DNA from: Escherichia coli
GTDB taxonomy: Bacteria > Pseudomonadota > Gammaproteobacteria > Enterobacterales > Enterobacteriaceae
Strand: one strand, 5' to 3'
Length of the DNA stretch: 64,000 nt
NCBI RefSeq assembly: GCF_044647545.1
Contig: NZ_CP172818.1
A program made the translations under genes and the position numbers. The stretch's first letter is position 1; each line of letters begins with the position of its first letter. The notes beneath the pieces were generated by a model. The model worked only from the letters and a program-made list of their open reading frames with translations. It ran no database searches and was not told the origin of the DNA. This document shows positions 48,196 through 59,015 of this stretch, in pieces.

Positions 48196-48901
48196 ACTTA
48201 TTTGTGGCCATCGCTCCATTCGCCATTTCACTGATGAACCCATTTCCGAAGCGCAGCGTGAGGCGATTATTAACAGCGCCCGTGCGACGTCCAGTTCCAG
48301 TTTTTTGCAGTGTAGTAGCATTATTCGCATTACCGACAAAGCATTACGTGAAGAACTGGTGACGCTGACCGGCGGGCAAAAACACGTAGCGCAAGCGGCG
48401 GAGTTCTGGGTGTTCTGTGCCGACTTTAACCGCCATTTACAGATCTGTCCGGATGCTCAGCTCGGCCTGGCGGAACAGCTGTTGCTCGGTGTCGTTGATA
48501 CGGCAATGATGGCGCAGAATGCATTAACCGCAGCGGAATCGCTGGGATTGGGCGGGGTATATATCGGCGGCCTGCGCAATAATATTGAAGCGGTGACGGA
48601 GCTGCTGAAATTACCGCGGCATGTTCTGCCGCTGTTTGGGCTGTGCCTTGGCTGGCCTGCGGATAATCCGGATCTTAAGCCGCGTTTACCGGCCTCCATT
48701 TTGGTGCATGAAAACAGCTATCAACCGCTGGATAAAGACGCACTGGCGCAGTATGACGAACAACTGGCGGAATATTACCTCACCCGTGGCAGCAATAATC
48801 GCCGGGATACCTGGAGCGATCATATCCGCCGAACAATCATTAAAGAAAGCCGCCCATTTATTCTGGATTATTTGCACAAACAGGGTTGGGCGACGCGCTA
48901 A
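48179..48901 (+). CDS. nfsA: Oxygen-insensitive NADPH nitroreductase A
   Basis: 240-aa ORF matching NfsA (MTPTIELICGHRSIRHFTDEPISEAQREAII...). Confidence 0.95.
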   Translation: MTPTIELICGHRSIRHFTDEPISEAQREAIINSARATSSSSFLQCSSIIRITDKALREELVTLTGGQKHVAQAAEFWVFCADFNRHLQICPDAQLGLAEQLLLGVVDTAMMAQNALTAAESLGLGGVYIGGLRNNIEAVTELLKLPRHVLPLFGLCLGWPADNPDLKPRLPASILVHENSYQPLDKDALAQYDEQLAEYYLTRGSNNRRDTWSDHIRRTIIKESRPFILDYLHKQGWATR

Positions 48902-48961
48902 AACCGCCACGTCGATGTATGATACGCGGGCTTTTGACCAGGTCTGAAAGAGAGGTGCAGG

Positions 48962-49864
48962 GTGAAAATTGCCATATTGTCCCGGGATGGAACGCTCTAT
49001 TCGTGTAAGCGGCTGCGTGAAGCCGCTATACAGCGTGGTCACCTGGTTGAAATTCTTGATCCGCTTTCTTGCTACATGAACATAAATCCTGCGGCGTCTT
49101 CTATTCACTACAAAGGCCGCAAGTTACCCCATTTTGACGCTGTGATCCCGCGTATTGGTACCGCCATTACCTTTTATGGGACGGCGGCACTGCGCCAGTT
49201 CGAGATGCTGGGGAGCTATCCGCTCAATGAGTCGGTCGCCATTGCCCGGGCGCGTGACAAATTGCGTTCCATGCAACTGCTGGCGCGTCAGGGCATCGAC
49301 CTGCCTGTCACGGGCATTGCGCATTCGCCGGATGATACCAGCGATTTAATCGACATGGTCGGTGGTGCGCCGCTGGTGGTTAAGCTGGTTGAAGGTACGC
49401 AGGGAATTGGTGTCGTGCTGGCGGAGACGCGTCAGGCGGCCGAAAGCGTGATTGACGCTTTCCGCGGTCTGAACGCGCATATTCTGGTGCAGGAATATAT
49501 CAAAGAGGCGCAAGGGTGCGATATCCGCTGTCTGGTTGTTGGCGATGAAGTGGTCGCTGCGATTGAACGGCGGGCGAAAGAGGGCGATTTTCGTTCCAAT
49601 TTGCATCGTGGCGGCGCGGCAAGCGTCGCCAGTATCACACCACAGGAGCGTGAAATCGCGATAAAAGCCGCGCGAACGATGGCGCTGGACGTTGCTGGTG
49701 TAGATATTTTGCGTGCTAATCGCGGGCCATTGGTGATGGAAGTGAATGCGTCGCCGGGGCTGGAAGGAATAGAAAAAACCACCGGTATCGACATCGCGGG
49801 TAAAATGATCCGCTGGATCGAACGCCACGCAACGACGGAATATTGCCTGAAAACGGGTGGTTAG
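48962..49864 (+). CDS. rimK: Ribosomal protein bS6 glutamate ligase (ATP-grasp)
   Basis: 300-aa ORF with a GTG start ([18 protein letters not shown]...); ATP-grasp fold; matches RimK. Confidence 0.95.
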   Translation: MKIAILSRDGTLYSCKRLREAAIQRGHLVEILDPLSCYMNINPAASSIHYKGRKLPHFDAVIPRIGTAITFYGTAALRQFEMLGSYPLNESVAIARARDKLRSMQLLARQGIDLPVTGIAHSPDDTSDLIDMVGGAPLVVKLVEGTQGIGVVLAETRQAAESVIDAFRGLNAHILVQEYIKEAQGCDIRCLVVGDEVVAAIERRAKEGDFRSNLHRGGAASVASITPQEREIAIKAARTMALDVAGVDILRANRGPLVMEVNASPGLEGIEKTTGIDIAGKMIRWIERHATTEYCLKTGG

Positions 49865-49951
49865 TCGCAATCACATTACTGATCATGGTTTTGCCTGCGC
49901 TTTTTGCGTAAGCTGTGCCGGTCTTTTTATCGAAAGAGGTTGTACAAAATT

Positions 49952-50428
49952 ATGACATCGCTGGTCGTTCCTGGTCTGGATACGTTGCGTCAATGGCTCG
50001 ATGACCTGGGGATGAGTTTTTTTGAATGTGATAACTGTCAGGCTCTGCATCTGCCCCATATGCAGAATTTCGACGGTGTCTTTGATGCCAAAATCGATCT
50101 GATCGATAACACGATCCTGTTTTCTGCCATGGCGGAAGTCCGACCTTCAGCCGTATTGCCGCTGGCGGCGGATTTATCTGCCATCAATGCCAGTTCGCTG
50201 ACCGTGAAAGCATTTCTTGATATGCAGGATGATAATCTGCCAAAGCTGGTGGTTTGCCAGTCTTTATCCGTTATGCAGGGCGTAACCTATGAGCAGTTTG
50301 CATGGTTCGTGCGTCAGAGCGAAGAGCAGATTTCGATGGTCATTCTTGAAGCTAATGCCCATCAACTGCTGTTACCGACTGACGATGAAGGGCAAAACAA
50401 CGTTACTGAAAACTATTTCCTCCACTGA
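49952..50428 (+). CDS. ybjN: YbjN (putative sensory transduction regulator family)
   Basis: Track ORF 49904..50428; the recognised start is MTSLVVPGLDTLRQWLDDLG at 49952 (158 aa). Confidence 0.9.
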   Translation: MTSLVVPGLDTLRQWLDDLGMSFFECDNCQALHLPHMQNFDGVFDAKIDLIDNTILFSAMAEVRPSAVLPLAADLSAINASSLTVKAFLDMQDDNLPKLVVCQSLSVMQGVTYEQFAWFVRQSEEQISMVILEANAHQLLLPTDDEGQNNVTENYFLH

Positions 50429-50778
50429 TAACTCCTTTCGAGCACGCAGTCACTGCGGCAGCGACTGCGTGCTGCAAAATTATCTGCTGTTTTTAACCTT
50501 TTCTTAAAGATTGTTTCACTTCTCTTGTGCCGATTTGGCTTTATCACATAGAGCAAATACGCATAAAAATTTGTTAAATACCGTTTTTTAATCCGAGCTA
50601 TAGTCTCAAACCCTGGCTAAAGTTATTCTTGCGATGCTTTTATATAGCGAGCAGTGCTGGCCGGGAGAGAGTTCTCTTTTCTTACACCGCGCCGATAAAA
50701 AATATGCACGTTTATTGCATATCTTTCAGTGTGACAACTTTTGTTCGTTTGTTAACGAACTTTCAGAAGGAAAGAGAT

Positions 50779-51891
50779 ATGACCGCCTTAAATAAAAAAT
50801 GGCTATCGGGTCTGGTTGCGGGTGCTCTGATGGCCGTCTCTGTCGGCACGCTCGCGGCTGAACAAAAAACACTCCACATTTATAACTGGTCTGATTATAT
50901 CGCCCCGGACACGGTGGCCAATTTTGAAAAAGAAACCGGTATTAAAGTCGTCTACGATGTTTTCGACTCTAACGAAGTACTGGAAGGCAAATTAATGGCG
51001 GGTAGCACCGGCTTTGACCTGGTGGTGCCGTCAGCAAGCTTTCTTGAACGCCAGTTGACTGCGGGAGTTTTCCAGCCGCTGGACAAAAGCAAATTGCCGG
51101 AGTGGAAGAATCTCGACCCGGAGCTGCTGAAGCTGGTCGCCAAACACGATCCCGACAATAAATTTGCTATGCCCTATATGTGGGCGACGACCGGGATTGG
51201 CTATAACGTCGATAAAGTCAAAGCGGTGCTGGGCGAAAACGCGCCCGTCGATAGCTGGGACTTGATCCTCAAACCTGAAAATCTGGAAAAACTGAAAAGC
51301 TGCGGCGTCTCTTTCCTTGATGCACCGGAAGAAGTGTTTGCTACCGTGCTGAATTATCTCGGTAAAGATCCCAACAGCACTAAAGCAGATGATTACACCG
51401 GACCGGCAACCGATCTGCTGTTAAAGCTGCGCCCGAACATTCGTTATTTCCATTCATCTCAATACATTAACGACCTGGCAAACGGCGATATCTGCGTCGC
51501 TATTGGCTGGGCGGGCGATGTCTGGCAGGCGTCAAACCGCGCGAAGGAAGCGAAGAATGGCGTTAATGTCTCGTTCTCGATTCCGAAAGAAGGGGCGATG
51601 GCGTTCTTTGATGTCTTCGCCATGCCTGCGGATGCCAAAAATAAAGACGAAGCCTATCAGTTCCTGAATTACCTGCTGCGCCCGGATGTGGTGGCGCATA
51701 TTTCCGACCATGTGTTCTATGCCAACGCGAACAAAGAAGCTACGCCGCTGGTAAGCGCGGAAGTGCGTGATAATCCAGGGATTTATCCTCCGGCGGACGT
51801 TCGTGCGAAGTTGTTCACTCTGAAAGTGCAGGATCCAAAAATAGACCGTGTGCGCACCCGCGCGTGGACCAAAGTGAAGAGCGGAAAATAA
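50779..51891 (+). CDS. potF: Putrescine ABC transporter periplasmic binding protein
   Basis: The track ORF is over-extended from 50629; the recognised start is MTALNKKWLSGLVAGALMAVSVGTLA at 50779 (370 aa). Confidence 0.95.
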   Translation: MTALNKKWLSGLVAGALMAVSVGTLAAEQKTLHIYNWSDYIAPDTVANFEKETGIKVVYDVFDSNEVLEGKLMAGSTGFDLVVPSASFLERQLTAGVFQPLDKSKLPEWKNLDPELLKLVAKHDPDNKFAMPYMWATTGIGYNVDKVKAVLGENAPVDSWDLILKPENLEKLKSCGVSFLDAPEEVFATVLNYLGKDPNSTKADDYTGPATDLLLKLRPNIRYFHSSQYINDLANGDICVAIGWAGDVWQASNRAKEAKNGVNVSFSIPKEGAMAFFDVFAMPADAKNKDEAYQFLNYLLRPDVVAHISDHVFYANANKEATPLVSAEVRDNPGIYPPADVRAKLFTLKVQDPKIDRVRTRAWTKVKSGK

Positions 51892-51985
51892 TCCGCAGTC
51901 GTAGATGCCGGACGGGCGCACCACACCCGCCGGCAATTCGCACCATTATGGTGCGCTTGCACACATTCAATGCCGGAGAGCAGCC

Positions 51986-53119
51986 GTGAATGACGCTATC
52001 CCTCGCCCGCAGGCGAAAACCCGTAAGGCGCTGACGCCGCTATTAGAAATCCGCAACCTCACCAAATCCTACGATGGTCAACATGCGGTGGATGATGTCA
52101 GCCTGACCATCTACAAAGGTGAAATCTTCGCGCTGCTGGGCGCATCCGGCTGTGGCAAGTCCACGCTGCTGCGTATGCTGGCAGGTTTCGAACAACCTTC
52201 TGCCGGACAGATAATGCTTGATGGCGTCGATTTGTCACAGGTGCCGCCTTACCTGCGCCCCATCAATATGATGTTTCAGTCTTATGCGCTGTTTCCGCAT
52301 ATGACCGTGGAACAGAACATCGCTTTTGGCCTGAAACAGGACAAACTACCGAAAGCGGAAATTGCCAGCCGGGTCAATGAGATGCTCGGCCTGGTGCATA
52401 TGCAGGAGTTCGCCAAACGCAAACCGCATCAGCTTTCCGGTGGTCAGCGACAGCGTGTGGCCCTGGCCCGAAGCCTTGCCAAGCGCCCGAAACTATTACT
52501 GCTCGATGAGCCGATGGGCGCGCTGGATAAAAAGCTGCGTGACCGGATGCAGCTTGAAGTGGTGGATATTCTGGAGCGCGTCGGTGTGACCTGCGTGATG
52601 GTTACTCACGATCAGGAAGAGGCGATGACCATGGCGGGGCGTATCGCCATTATGAATCGTGGGAAATTTGTCCAGATTGGCGAACCGGAAGAGATCTATG
52701 AGCATCCGACCACCCGCTATAGCGCTGAATTTATCGGTTCGGTTAATGTCTTTGAAGGTGTACTCAAAGAGCGTCAGGAAGATGGTCTGGTACTTTATTC
52801 GCCGGGACTGGTGCATCCACTGAAAGTCGATGCGGATGCTTCAGTGGTCGATAACGTGCCGGTGCATGTGGCGCTTCGCCCGGAAAAAATCATGCTTTGC
52901 GAGGAACCGCCCGCCAATGGTTGTAACTTCGCGGTGGGGGAGGTGATACACATTGCCTATCTCGGCGATCTTTCGGTGTATCACGTTCGTCTGAAAAGTG
53001 GGCAGATGATCAGCGCCCAGCTACAAAACGCCCATCGTCATCGTAAAGGGTTACCGACCTGGGGCGATGAAGTGCGTTTGTGCTGGGAAGTGGACAGCTG
53101 TGTGGTGCTGACGGTTTAA
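51986..53119 (+). CDS. potG: Putrescine ABC transporter ATP-binding protein
   Basis: The track ORF is over-extended from 51905; GTG at 51986 gives (M)NDAIPRPQAKTRK...; Walker A GASGCGKST; 377 aa. Confidence 0.95.
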   Translation: MNDAIPRPQAKTRKALTPLLEIRNLTKSYDGQHAVDDVSLTIYKGEIFALLGASGCGKSTLLRMLAGFEQPSAGQIMLDGVDLSQVPPYLRPINMMFQSYALFPHMTVEQNIAFGLKQDKLPKAEIASRVNEMLGLVHMQEFAKRKPHQLSGGQRQRVALARSLAKRPKLLLLDEPMGALDKKLRDRMQLEVVDILERVGVTCVMVTHDQEEAMTMAGRIAIMNRGKFVQIGEPEEIYEHPTTRYSAEFIGSVNVFEGVLKERQEDGLVLYSPGLVHPLKVDADASVVDNVPVHVALRPEKIMLCEEPPANGCNFAVGEVIHIAYLGDLSVYHVRLKSGQMISAQLQNAHRHRKGLPTWGDEVRLCWEVDSCVVLTV

Positions 53120-53128
53120 GGAGCAAAA

Positions 53129-54082
53129 ATGAGTACACTTGAACCTGCTGCCCAGTCGAAACCGCCGGGCGGATTTAAGCTGTGGTTGTCGCAGCTGCAA
53201 ATGAAGCATGGGCGCAAACTGGTGATTGCGCTGCCGTATATCTGGCTAATCCTGCTGTTTCTGCTGCCATTTCTGATTGTCTTTAAAATAAGCCTGGCGG
53301 AGATGGCGCGCGCTATTCCACCTTATACCGAACTGATGGAGTGGGCTGACGGGCAACTTTCCATCACTCTTAATCTCGGTAATTTTCTGCAACTGACTGA
53401 CGATCCGCTCTATTTCGATGCTTATCTCCAGTCGTTACAGGTGGCGGCGATTTCGACTATTTGCTGTTTACTGATCGGCTATCCGCTGGCGTGGGCGGTG
53501 GCGCACAGTAAGCCTTCGACCCGTAATATCTTATTGCTACTGGTGATCCTGCCGTCGTGGACCTCGTTTCTGATTCGCGTTTATGCCTGGATGGGAATAT
53601 TAAAAAATAACGGCGTACTGAATAATTTTCTGCTGTGGCTGGGGGTTATCGACCAGCCGCTGACCATTCTGCATACCAATCTGGCCGTTTATATCGGCAT
53701 TGTTTATGCCTACGTGCCGTTTATGGTACTGCCGATTTATACCGCGTTGATTCGTATTGATTATTCGCTGGTGGAAGCGGCACTGGATCTCGGTGCACGA
53801 CCGCTGAAAACGTTCTTTACTGTGATCGTGCCGCTGACCAAAGGCGGGATTATTGCCGGATCGATGCTGGTGTTTATCCCGGCTGTGGGCGAGTTTGTGA
53901 TCCCTGAACTGCTCGGTGGCCCGGACAGCATCATGATCGGGCGCGTGCTGTGGCAGGAGTTCTTTAACAACCGCGACTGGCCGGTGGCCTCAGCGGTAGC
54001 GATCATCATGTTGCTGCTGCTAATTGTGCCGATAATGTGGTTCCACAAGCATCAGCAAAAAAGCGTGGGAGAACACGGATGA
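53129..54082 (+). CDS. potH: Putrescine ABC transporter permease
   Basis: 317-aa permease ORF; operon position. Confidence 0.95.
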   Translation: MSTLEPAAQSKPPGGFKLWLSQLQMKHGRKLVIALPYIWLILLFLLPFLIVFKISLAEMARAIPPYTELMEWADGQLSITLNLGNFLQLTDDPLYFDAYLQSLQVAAISTICCLLIGYPLAWAVAHSKPSTRNILLLLVILPSWTSFLIRVYAWMGILKNNGVLNNFLLWLGVIDQPLTILHTNLAVYIGIVYAYVPFMVLPIYTALIRIDYSLVEAALDLGARPLKTFFTVIVPLTKGGIIAGSMLVFIPAVGEFVIPELLGGPDSIMIGRVLWQEFFNNRDWPVASAVAIIMLLLLIVPIMWFHKHQQKSVGEHG

Positions 54083-54924
54083 ATAATTTACCGGTAGTTC
54101 GTTCGCCCTGGCGGATTGTGATTTTGCTGCTGGGCTTCACCTTTCTCTACGCGCCAATGCTGATGCTGGTGATCTATTCATTCAACAGCTCGAAGCTGGT
54201 GACGGTGTGGGCCGGCTGGTCAACGCGCTGGTATGGCGAATTATTGCGCGATGACGCGATGATGAGTGCGGTTGGTTTAAGCCTGACAATTGCGGCCGGT
54301 GCGGCGACGGCGGCGGCGATCCTCGGGACGATTGCGGCGGTCGTGCTGGTGCGCTTTGGCAGGTTTCGCGGATCAAATGGTTTTGCCTTTATGATCACCG
54401 CGCCGCTGGTGATGCCAGATGTCATCACGGGCTTGTCGCTATTGTTGCTATTCGTCGCGCTTGCTCATGCCATTGGCTGGCCTGCGGACCGCGGTATGCT
54501 CACCATCTGGCTGGCGCATGTCACTTTCTGTACGGCTTATGTGGCGGTCGTTATTTCTTCAAGATTGCGGGAGCTGGACCGTTCCATTGAAGAAGCCGCG
54601 ATGGATCTTGGTGCGACGCCACTGAAAGTGTTTTTCGTCATTACGCTACCGATGATCATGCCCGCGATCATTTCTGGCTGGTTACTGGCTTTTACTTTGT
54701 CGCTTGATGATCTGGTGATCGCCAGCTTTGTTTCCGGGCCGGGAGCCACCACGTTACCGATGCTGGTCTTTTCTAGCGTGCGGATGGGAGTGAATCCGGA
54801 AATCAACGCCCTGGCAACATTGATCCTCGGTGCGGTCGGAATTGTCGGATTTATCGCCTGGTATCTGATGGCGCGCGCAGAAAAACAGCGGATACGCGAT
54901 ATCCAGCGTGCAAGACGTGGCTGA
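54079..54924 (+). CDS. potI: Putrescine ABC transporter permease
   Basis: The recognised start MNNLPVVRSPWRIV at 54079 overlaps the potH stop (ATGA); 281 aa. Confidence 0.95.
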   Translation: MNNLPVVRSPWRIVILLLGFTFLYAPMLMLVIYSFNSSKLVTVWAGWSTRWYGELLRDDAMMSAVGLSLTIAAGAATAAAILGTIAAVVLVRFGRFRGSNGFAFMITAPLVMPDVITGLSLLLLFVALAHAIGWPADRGMLTIWLAHVTFCTAYVAVVISSRLRELDRSIEEAAMDLGATPLKVFFVITLPMIMPAIISGWLLAFTLSLDDLVIASFVSGPGATTLPMLVFSSVRMGVNPEINALATLILGAVGIVGFIAWYLMARAEKQRIRDIQRARRG

Positions 54925-54983
54925 AGACACTAAAATTTGCCAACCTGGCTACATAATGCCGCGCATGTCGCGGCATTGTTTTC

Positions 54984-55472
54984 ATGGAAGACGAAACGTT
55001 GGGATTTTTTAAGAAAACATCTTCATCTCATGCTCGCCTGAATGTGCCTGCGCTGGTGCAGGTAGCGGCGCTCGCCATTATTATGATCCGTGGCCTCGAC
55101 GTGCTGATGATTTTCAATACGCTGGGCGTGCGCGGTATTGGCGAGTTCATTCATCGCAGCGTACAAACCTGGAGTTTAACGCTGGTCTTTTTAAGCAGTC
55201 TGGTGCTGGTTTTCATTGAGATCTGGTGTGCGTTTTCACTGGTGAAAGGGCGTCGCTGGGCGCGCTGGCTGTATCTGTTGACACAAATCACGGCCGCAAG
55301 TTACTTGTGGGCGGCTTCGCTGGGGTATGGTTATCCGGAGCTGTTCAGCATTCCCGGTGAATCAAAACGTGAAATCTTCCATAGCCTGATGCTGCAGAAG
55401 CTGCCGGATATGCTCATCCTGATGCTGCTGTTCGTTCCCTCGACCAGTCGGCGGTTCTTCCAGTTGCAATAA
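54984..55472 (+). CDS. ybjO: Inner membrane protein YbjO (DUF2593)
   Basis: 162-aa ORF with hydrophobic segments; position matches ybjO. Confidence 0.85.
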   Translation: MEDETLGFFKKTSSSHARLNVPALVQVAALAIIMIRGLDVLMIFNTLGVRGIGEFIHRSVQTWSLTLVFLSSLVLVFIEIWCAFSLVKGRRWARWLYLLTQITAASYLWAASLGYGYPELFSIPGESKREIFHSLMLQKLPDMLILMLLFVPSTSRRFFQLQ

Positions 55473-55512
55473 TGTGTATAATCGTCGCCCCTGATGATGT
55501 GAAGGTCAATGT

Positions 55513-56640
55513 ATGCAGTGCGCACTTTACGACGCGGGTCGCTGTCGTTCCTGTCAGTGGATAACGCAGCCGATTCCAGAGCAACTCTCCGCTAAAACCG
55601 CCGATCTTAAAAATCTGCTCGCCGACTTTCCGGTTGAGGAATGGTGCGCGCCGGTGTCAGGCCCGGAACAAGGGTTTCGTAATAAAGCCAAAATGGTGGT
55701 GAGTGGTAGCGTTGAAAAACCACTGCTCGGTATGCTGCATCGAGATGGTACACCGGAAGACCTTTGTGACTGCCCGCTTTATCCAGCCTCATTTGCGCCC
55801 GTTTTTGCGGCGCTAAAACCCTTCATCGCCCGTGCGGGTTTAACACCTTACAACGTGGCGCGTAAACGTGGTGAACTGAAATACATTCTGCTGACTGAAA
55901 GCCAGAGCGATGGCGGCATGATGCTGCGTTTTGTACTGCGTTCTGATACCAAACTGGCGCAACTGCGTAAGGCGCTGCCGTGGTTACAGGAACAATTACC
56001 GCAGCTGAAAGTTATTACCGTCAATATTCAGCCGGTACATATGGCGATTATGGAAGGGGAGACGGAGATCTACCTGACCGAACAACAGGCGCTGGCAGAG
56101 CGTTTTAATGACGTACCGCTGTGGATCCGTCCGCAAAGTTTCTTCCAGACTAATCCGGCGGTCGCCAGCCAGCTTTACGCCACCGCGCGCGACTGGGTAC
56201 GACAGCTGCCGGTTAAACATATGTGGGATCTGTTCTGCGGTGTGGGGGGCTTTGGTTTACACTGCGCGACGCCTGACATGCAGTTAACCGGGATCGAAAT
56301 TGCGCCAGAGGCCATTGCCTGTGCAAAGCAGTCAGCCGCTGAACTGGGCTTAACGCGTTTGCAATTTCAGGCGCTGGACTCCACGCAGTTTGCCACTGCT
56401 CAGGGGGAGGTGCCGGAGCTGGTGCTGGTTAACCCGCCGCGCCGCGGCATTGGTAAACCGCTGTGTGATTATCTCTCAACGATGGCACCGCGTTTTATTA
56501 TCTACTCCAGCTGTAACGCCCAAACCATGGCGAAAGATATCCGCGAACTGCCAGGTTACCGCATCGAACGGGTACAGCTTTTTGATATGTTCCCGCACAC
56601 CGCGCACTATGAAGTGCTGACGCTGCTGGTGAAGCAATAA
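55513..56640 (+). CDS. rlmC: 23S rRNA (uracil747-C5)-methyltransferase
   Basis: 375-aa ORF with an N-terminal Cys cluster ([14 protein letters not shown]...CDCPLY) and a SAM-dependent MTase domain; matches RlmC (RumB). Confidence 0.95.
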   Translation: MQCALYDAGRCRSCQWITQPIPEQLSAKTADLKNLLADFPVEEWCAPVSGPEQGFRNKAKMVVSGSVEKPLLGMLHRDGTPEDLCDCPLYPASFAPVFAALKPFIARAGLTPYNVARKRGELKYILLTESQSDGGMMLRFVLRSDTKLAQLRKALPWLQEQLPQLKVITVNIQPVHMAIMEGETEIYLTEQQALAERFNDVPLWIRPQSFFQTNPAVASQLYATARDWVRQLPVKHMWDLFCGVGGFGLHCATPDMQLTGIEIAPEAIACAKQSAAELGLTRLQFQALDSTQFATAQGEVPELVLVNPPRRGIGKPLCDYLSTMAPRFIIYSSCNAQTMAKDIRELPGYRIERVQLFDMFPHTAHYEVLTLLVKQ

Positions 56641-56664
56641 AAAAGCCGCAGGTGCGGCTTTCTG
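56638..56664. terminator. Hairpin terminator between convergent rlmC and artJ
   Basis: aaaaaagccgcaggtgcggctttct: GC stem flanked by an A-run and a T-run. Confidence 0.65.
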
Positions 56665-56668
56665 AATC

Positions 56669-57400
56669 TTACTGTGGGAACCACTGGTCATTGATTTTCT
56701 GATATGTACCGTCAGCTTTAATTGCTGCCAGCGCATTATTCAGTTTTTCCAGCAGAGCTTTGTTATCCGGACGTACAGCGATACCTAGGCCGGTGCCGAA
56801 GTATTGCGGATCGGTCACTTTTTCAGTCGCAACGCCCAGTTGCGGATTGGTTTTCAGCCATTCGTTTACCACTGCGGTGTCACCAAATACGCCATCAATA
56901 CGGCCATTTTTCAGATCGATAAAGGCATTCTGATAACTGTCATAGGAGACAGTTTTCACTTCCGGGTGCTGATCCTGAATATATTTCTGGTGCGTGGTGC
57001 CGTTTTCCATCCCAATACGTTTGCCTTTCAGATCGGCAAACGTTTTGTAGGTATCTTTTTTGGCAATCACGACGGCTGAGTTTTCGTAGTAGGGCGTGGT
57101 AAACGATACCTGTTTGCTACGCTCCGGCGTGATATCCATTCCGGAGATTACGGCGTCATATTTTCTGAATTTCAGTGACGGGATCAGGCTGTCGAACGCG
57201 TGATTCGTAAAAGTACATTCTGCCTGCATTTGTTTGCACAAGGCTTTTGCCAGATCGATATCAAAGCCGACAATCTCATTATTAGCACCTATAGATTCAA
57301 AGGGTGGATAGGTGGCTGAAACGCCAAAATTGATTTTCTCTGCGGCAGAAGCACCGAAAGTAAAAGAAGCAAGTAAAGCGGCAAGAACTAACTTTTTCAT
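56669..57400 (-). CDS. artJ: Arginine ABC transporter periplasmic binding protein ArtJ
   Basis: The track ORF extends to 57451; the recognised start is MKKLVLAALLASFTFGASA at 57400 (243 aa). Confidence 0.95.
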   Translation of the reverse strand: MKKLVLAALLASFTFGASAAEKINFGVSATYPPFESIGANNEIVGFDIDLAKALCKQMQAECTFTNHAFDSLIPSLKFRKYDAVISGMDITPERSKQVSFTTPYYENSAVVIAKKDTYKTFADLKGKRIGMENGTTHQKYIQDQHPEVKTVSYDSYQNAFIDLKNGRIDGVFGDTAVVNEWLKTNPQLGVATEKVTDPQYFGTGLGIAVRPDNKALLEKLNNALAAIKADGTYQKINDQWFPQ

Positions 57401-57574
57401 GATGGAACTCCCGTCTGTCAATCTTATGATTTTTGGCCGTGTCTGCGGCATGGGATAACAATGCCATCAAGTGAATTTATATGCAATAAATATGATTAAA
57501 TAATTTAAATGAAATAAAAAAAGACGGACAGCTTAGTGAGTTGCCCGTCTTCATTATAAGAATTTATGCACTAT

Positions 57575-57612
57575 GTAGGCCGGATAAGGCGTCCACGCCG
57601 CATCCGGCATCA
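57575..57612. repeat. REP (repetitive extragenic palindromic) element
   Basis: tgtaggccggataaggcgtccacgccgcatccggcatc: the classic E. coli REP palindrome (GCCGGATAAGGCG...CGCCGCATCCGGC) in the artJ-artM intergenic region. Confidence 0.8.
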
Positions 57613-57624
57613 GACGCAGCCAAA

Positions 57625-58293
57625 TTAATTCCTTCGCTCAAACGCCAGTGCTTTACGCTCGATCAGACGCATCATCAGCGTCAGCAGACCGTTAACAATC
57701 AGGTAAATAATCCCTGCCGCACCGAACACCATGACATCGTAGGTGCGTCCGTACAACAACTGGCTGTATCCCATCACTTCCATCAGCGTAATGGTGTAAG
57801 CCAGAGAAGTACTTTTGAACACCAGCACCACTTCGTTGGAATAAGAAGAGAGCGAGCGTTTAAACGCGTACGGCAGCAGGATCGCCAGCGTATCTTTTTT
57901 GCTCATTCCCAGGGCGCTACAGGACTGCCACTGACCTTCCGGGATCGCGCGAATGGCACCGTAAAACAGCTGCGTGGTATACGCTGCACTGTTCAGCGAC
58001 AACGCAATCAGCGCACATAACCACGGTTCTGACAACAGATGCCACAGTGCCGGATACTCCTGCAACGTCGGGAACTGACCCGGTCCGTAATAAATCAGGA
58101 AGATCTGCACCAGCAGCGGCGTACCGGTAAACAGCGTGATATAGCCCCGCACCAGCCACACCAGCACCGGCGTTTTCAGCGTCAGGATGATGGTAAAAAT
58201 CAATGCCAGAATCAGTGCCACAATCAGCGAGGCAACGGTTAGCGTCAGGCTGGTGTGCAGCCCTTTCATCAGTTCGGGTAAATACTCAAACAT
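57625..58293 (-). CDS. artM: Arginine ABC transporter permease
   Basis: 222-aa permease ORF; operon position. Confidence 0.95.
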   Translation of the reverse strand: MFEYLPELMKGLHTSLTLTVASLIVALILALIFTIILTLKTPVLVWLVRGYITLFTGTPLLVQIFLIYYGPGQFPTLQEYPALWHLLSEPWLCALIALSLNSAAYTTQLFYGAIRAIPEGQWQSCSALGMSKKDTLAILLPYAFKRSLSSYSNEVVLVFKSTSLAYTITLMEVMGYSQLLYGRTYDVMVFGAAGIIYLIVNGLLTLMMRLIERKALAFERRN

Positions 58294-59009
58294 TAGCTGG
58301 GCCTCCGCTCAAAACGTGTCGCGCGCAGGTCAATGCGTTTGAGAATGTACTGACTGAGCAGGGTGATCACCAGGTAAATCGCCGCCGCCACAATGTACCA
58401 GGTAAACGGTTCCTGGGTACGGGTAGCGATGCTTTTGGTTTGTAGCATTAAATCATTCACGCTTATCAAACTGACCAGCGCGGTATCTTTCAGCAGCACC
58501 AGCCACTGGTTACCGAGACCAGGCAGCGCATGACGCCACATCTGCGGCATCACCAGACGGAAAAAGATAGCCGATTTCGACAGCCCCAGCGCCTGTCCGG
58601 ATTCCCACTGGCCCACCGGCACCGCTTTCAACGCGCCGCGCAGCGTTTGCGAGGCATAGGCGGCATACAGCAGCGACAGAGCGATGACACCACAAAGGAA
58701 CGGGCTAACGTCGAAGTTCTCAATGTCCATCTGCACCGGGATCTGCACGAACCCAAGATTGATAGTGAAGCCATCCGAAAGCGTCAGCAGCAGCTGCGAG
58801 GAGCCAAAATAGATAAACAGCACCACCAGAATTTCTGGCAGGCCGCGCAGAACCGTCACCAACGCTGAACCTGCCCACGCGACGGGACGCCATTTTGCAG
58901 ACTCCCATACCGCAAAGAACATCGCCAGCGCCAGCCCGACAATCAATGCACAAACGGCAAGGCCGACGGTCATCCCGGCGGCGCTTGCTAAAGGAAAAAA
59001 TTCATTCAT
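58293..59009 (-). CDS. artQ: Arginine ABC transporter permease
   Basis: 238-aa permease ORF; its stop overlaps the artM start. Confidence 0.95.
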   Translation of the reverse strand: MNEFFPLASAAGMTVGLAVCALIVGLALAMFFAVWESAKWRPVAWAGSALVTVLRGLPEILVVLFIYFGSSQLLLTLSDGFTINLGFVQIPVQMDIENFDVSPFLCGVIALSLLYAAYASQTLRGALKAVPVGQWESGQALGLSKSAIFFRLVMPQMWRHALPGLGNQWLVLLKDTALVSLISVNDLMLQTKSIATRTQEPFTWYIVAAAIYLVITLLSQYILKRIDLRATRFERRPS

Positions 59010-59015
59010 CAGGAA

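Noticed and set aside
50629-50778. N-terminal extensions of track ORFs (potF from 50629, potG from 51905, artP to 60592, ybjJ to 44397, gsiA from 23524)
   Set aside because: The recognised protein N-termini begin at internal start codons with a signal-peptide or conserved start context; the extensions are simply the upstream in-frame stretch before the first stop.
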